Source of the DNA: Oscillospiraceae bacterium
Lineage (GTDB): Bacteria; Bacillota; Clostridia; Oscillospirales; CAG-272
DNA length: 64,000 bases
Reading direction: 5' to 3'
NCBI GenBank assembly: GCA_015065215.1
Contig: SVQT01000001.1
Location: forward strand, 34,237-98,236
The notes beneath the pieces are model-generated. The model had not been told where the DNA came from, did not search any database, and worked only from the letters and a program-made list of their open reading frames with translations. Made by a program: the position numbers and the translations under genes. Positions 61,901-64,000 of this stretch are shown here, one piece after another. The stretch's first letter is position 1, and every line of letters starts with the position of its first letter.

Positions 61901-62448
61901 TTTTGCTCAGGCAAGCCATGGTCCTGTAGCTCAATATAGAAACGGTCTTTCCCAAAAACATCGGCCAGCTCTCTTGCCGCACGGCAAGCTTCAGCAAAAT
62001 CTCCGCGCACCAAAAGCTGTGGGATTTTGCCCGCAAGACAAGCGGAAAGGGCGATCAGACCCTGTGAATGTGTCCGTAGCAGCTCCATATCCACACGGGG
62101 CTTGGCGTAAAATCCCTCGGTAAAAGAAAGGGAGACCATTTCAATGAGATTGCGATAGCCGGTCTCGTTCTCACAAAGCAGCACCAAATGATGGGGGTGC
62201 GCGTCCGCGCCGGTCTTATCAAAACGGGTACGGGGCGCCACATACACCTCACAGCCAATGATCGGTTTGATCCCTTCTTTTTGGCAGGCACGATAAAAGG
62301 AAACAGCGCCGTACATTACGCCATGATCGGTCAGCGCCACCGCGGTATGTCCGCATTCTTTGGCGCGTTTGGGGATTTCACTGATCCGACAGGCGCCGTC
62401 AAGCAAGCTGTATTCACTATGCAGATGCAAATGCACAAAATCAGACAT
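58927..62448 (-). CDS. dnaE: DNA polymerase III alpha subunit (DnaE type)
   Basis: N-terminal PHP domain (FVHLHLHSEYSLLDGA), palm/fingers (PDIDVDF, GLLKFDFLGL), and OB fold. 1173 aa. AAGGAGG RBS. Confidence 0.96.
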   Translation of the reverse strand: MSDFVHLHLHSEYSLLDGACRISEIPKRAKECGHTAVALTDHGVMYGAVSFYRACQKEGIKPIIGCEVYVAPRTRFDKTGADAHPHHLVLLCENETGYRNLIEMVSLSFTEGFYAKPRVDMELLRTHSQGLIALSACLAGKIPQLLVRGDFAEACRAARELADVFGKDRFYIELQDHGLPEQKQILPLLQKLAEACDLPMVATNDCHYLRRNDAQTQAVLLCIQTNNQLADGRPIGFETDEFYYKDSAEMRMLFGRYRGAIENTVQIAERCCFDFDFTSTFLPKFPCPAGMTSFGYLTQLAKEGFAAKIEAGLVDFSNHTREEYQNRMRYELSVIDTMGYADYFLIVQDYVNFAKSKKIPVGPGRGSGAGSIVAYFLGITDVDSLRFDLLFERFLNPERVSMPDIDVDFCYNRREEVIQYVTERYGKEHVSQIATFGTLAARAAIRDVGRALGMSYSDVDVVAKAIPRELGITIADALKLPDLKALYERPEIKKLVDHAMALEGMPRNISIHAAGVVITEKPLSDYVPLCASNGVVVTQYDMDTIADLGLLKFDFLGLRYLTIINDAVLQIRESEPRFDIEKIPLDDDATYKLIAKGNTSGIFQLESGGMRQMLMNLSPTRFDDIVAAIALYRPGPMDSIPRFIENRKNPDKIMYRTPLIEPILRSTYGCVVYQEQVMQIFRVLAGYSFGHADVVRRAMSKKKAGVMEAEKDAFLTGCAQNGIDRSVAEAIFDDMADFAHYAFNKSHAAAYAVISYRTAYLKAHYPKAYFAALLTSELGNMPKIAEYIAEVGKRGIRVLPPDVNESNAVFHVSGDHIRFGLLALKNVGKSFLEALVSERQRFGLYRSFDDFLERLSSNDLNKRQIESMIKAGAFDNLGHYRSQLMAVYEPMIDQLQNKNRSNLTGQLDMFSAGQVERPRIEYPSLREFKLADLLAQEKEAAGMYFSGHMLDGFSKALSDPAIMSIKDLTKTDDAGEFLRSDRSKVVIAGIITDLTRKTTKKDEQMAFFTLEDRYGEIECLAFPKIYTKYAHALRVDSVIRVSGELSVREEERPKVLVSVLEPLLDDHAPPRVMPEAEARRQSPTQSVASAEHLRVTVPPNPKILYLRVPTMTENDPKWRKAKAILDIFEGVLPVSVYDASQSAYHKMETGFDLSPYTLQELISILGKENVVLK

Positions 62449-62463
62449 GCACTGTTTCCTCCT

Positions 62464-63306
62464 TTATTTTTCTGAAAGTGCCTGCGCGAAGGCAATGATA
62501 CGTTGCAGCCGGTGATTGAGGCCGGATTTGGTAATGGGTGGATTATGTAATTGCGCTAACTCGGCAAGATTGGCATCTTGATATTTCAGCCGCAGCTCCG
62601 CCGTTTCTCTGAGCTCTGGGATCAATCCCTCAAAGCGTGAGGCGGCCTTGATCTTTTCAATGGCAACGCAACACCGTCTAGAGGCCTCTACCGCTTTGCC
62701 GATGTTCCGTGTCACGCAATTGGTAGCACGGTTTTCCTCATTGCGGATTTCCCTCGCGATCTTCGCGTTGATCAGCGAAAACAAAGCGTTATTGGCGCCA
62801 ACTGTACTGAAAATCTCTTCAATTACCGCGTTTTGCTTAAAATAAAGCGCGACACCGCCCTCGATATTGCGGCAATTGGGCACCCACCCCATTTCCTCAA
62901 AAAAACCTGCCAACAAAGGAACCTTTTCGGGGTTGGCCAAACGGAATTCCACGCGATAGGCCTTTTGGGGGTCTGTTGCCGATCCGCAAGCGATCATAAC
63001 ACCCTTTAAAAAACTGATACGGCAATGGGGACAAACAAACGTCGGCGGCTCTCGATAGGCCTTATATAGCTTTTCAGAGGCGAAAAGCATGACCGAGCCG
63101 TTCAGCAAAGCCTCGCGTCTATATTGCTCACGATACATTTTAGCGCACTCTCTGCGCGCCGCCGCTGAGGTGATCACCAAAACAAGGCAATTTTCCCGCA
63201 TTTCCCGCAGATCCAACAGCAGTCCGGCGGTGTACGCGCGTTTGCAGCAAGCATTGTGGGGGGCGTTTTCGATCAGTTCATTTTTGAGTAAAAGCGAATA
63301 GTTCAT
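62464..63306 (-). CDS. whiA: DNA-binding protein WhiA
   Basis: N-terminal KNELIENAPHNACCKRAYTAGLL, degenerate LAGLIDADG-like domains, and C-terminal HTH (LAELAQLHNPPITKSGLNHRL). ATG 63306 overlaps the murB stop (ATGA). Confidence 0.85.
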   Translation of the reverse strand: MNYSLLLKNELIENAPHNACCKRAYTAGLLLDLREMRENCLVLVITSAAARRECAKMYREQYRREALLNGSVMLFASEKLYKAYREPPTFVCPHCRISFLKGVMIACGSATDPQKAYRVEFRLANPEKVPLLAGFFEEMGWVPNCRNIEGGVALYFKQNAVIEEIFSTVGANNALFSLINAKIAREIRNEENRATNCVTRNIGKAVEASRRCCVAIEKIKAASRFEGLIPELRETAELRLKYQDANLAELAQLHNPPITKSGLNHRLQRIIAFAQALSEK

Positions 63307-64000
63307 ATTTCCTCTGGCAAAAAACAAATTTCGGGGTTTGGTTTCATGCCATACTCTCTTTCCAAAATTTTTTGTGTTCGTTTGATCAATTCTTTTACAT
63401 CCGCCGCCGTGGCGCCGCCTGTATTAACAATAAATCCGGTGTGCTTTTCCGATATTTTTGCGCCGCCGATCCGCAGCCCCCCAAGGCCCTGCTCGTCGAT
63501 CATTTTGGCAACGGCGATCTCGGGGGACGGGCGCCGAAATACGCTGCCCGCATTGGGAAATTCCAACGGTTGCTTTTGGCGGCGCAACCGATTGAGCGCA
63601 CGCATTCGCGCGAAAACCTCTCTGGGCTCAGCTTCTTTTTGCAGACGCAGTACTGCACTTAAAATGATGTGTTTATTTGTTTGAAAAACGCTTTTTCGAT
63701 AAGAATAGCTCAATTTTTTGTTAAAAAGTGTCTCTATTTTGTCACTTGACGGATCGTAGATTTCCACGCTTTCCACCACATCGCTCATCTCACATCCATA
63801 GGCTCCCGCATTCATATAGAGGGCACCGCCAAGGCTACCCGGGATGCCGCACGCAAAAGCAAGATCGGAAAATCCCGCCCTTGCAATCACGGCGGATAAT
63901 TTTATCATCGGCGTACCGCAAAGTGCCCAAAAACGATCTTTTGATAATGGCTTGCAGGCATGCAGCTGCACTGTAGCAATTACGGCAAAGCGCATCTGTC
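63303..64000 (-). CDS. murB: UDP-N-acetylenolpyruvoylglucosamine reductase, partial (N-terminus lies beyond window end)
   Basis: GIPGSLGGALYMNAGAYG, NAGSVFRRP and GGAKISEKHTGFIVN motifs. The N-terminal ~80-100 aa of the FAD-binding domain is missing, so the gene runs off the window. Confidence 0.88.
   Translation of the reverse strand, partial: QMRFAVIATVQLHACKPLSKDRFWALCGTPMIKLSAVIARAGFSDLAFACGIPGSLGGALYMNAGAYGCEMSDVVESVEIYDPSSDKIETLFNKKLSYSYRKSVFQTNKHIILSAVLRLQKEAEPREVFARMRALNRLRRQKQPLEFPNAGSVFRRPSPEIAVAKMIDEQGLGGLRIGGAKISEKHTGFIVNTGGATAADVKELIKRTQKILEREYGMKPNPEICFLPEEI

Noticed and set aside
1-64000. Searched by eye for CRISPR arrays, IS or transposon ends, integrases, phage genes, toxin-antitoxin pairs, and defence-system ATPases or nucleases
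   Set aside because: None found. The only tandem repeat is the coding hexamer array at 49296-49452. The inverted repeats I saw are terminator hairpins. The window looks like core chromosome rather than an accessory island.

Overview
This window reads as a core chromosomal segment of a spore-forming member of the Clostridia. The GC content looks like roughly half by eye, and the Oscillospiraceae/Ruminococcaceae-like guess is inference only. I call about 57 protein-coding genes. I see no rRNA or tRNA genes, no CRISPR array, and no recognisable transposase, integrase, phage or defence-system gene.

Most of the content is housekeeping:
- Replication, repair and RNA modification: polA, radA, comEC, pcrA, dnaE, rnhB, yraN, trmL, mnmA and an RlmB-like methylase.
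- Protein folding, secretion and turnover: the tig-clpP-clpX block, the lepB-rbgA-rnhB-yraN block, and secA.
- Cell wall and division: class A PBP, whiA, murB.
- Sporulation: cwlD, pdaA plus a second NodB-type deacetylase, spoIIID, and a DUF1540 protein.
- Amino-acid biosynthesis: thrC.
- AraC-regulated sugar modules: malQ; a TIM-barrel isomerase plus a TIM-barrel/GFO fusion; rhaA-fucO; a GH4 glycosidase; and a Zn-ADH/RpiB/ROK trio.

Many intergenic regions carry textbook SigA-type promoters and GC-rich hairpin terminators, which I list.

I did not find a convincing new multi-gene system. The observations most worth a second look are:
- a 63-aa protein that is 75% Asn/Gln, encoded by about 26 in-frame hexanucleotide repeats, at the end of a secA-linked pair of uncharacterised polytopic membrane proteins;
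- a 288-aa protein with 22 cysteines, a possible spore-surface protein;
- a ~190-nt terminator-containing leader of no class I recognise upstream of a CNNM/CorC-type transporter;
- a comEC gene whose N-terminus is split by a frame change and whose beta-lactamase metal motif is degenerate;
- a 660-bp AT-rich non-coding island downstream of spoIIID;
- a Lys/Thr/Ala-rich tail on trigger factor.

All functional calls rest on motif and family recognition from the translated ORFs. No database search was run.
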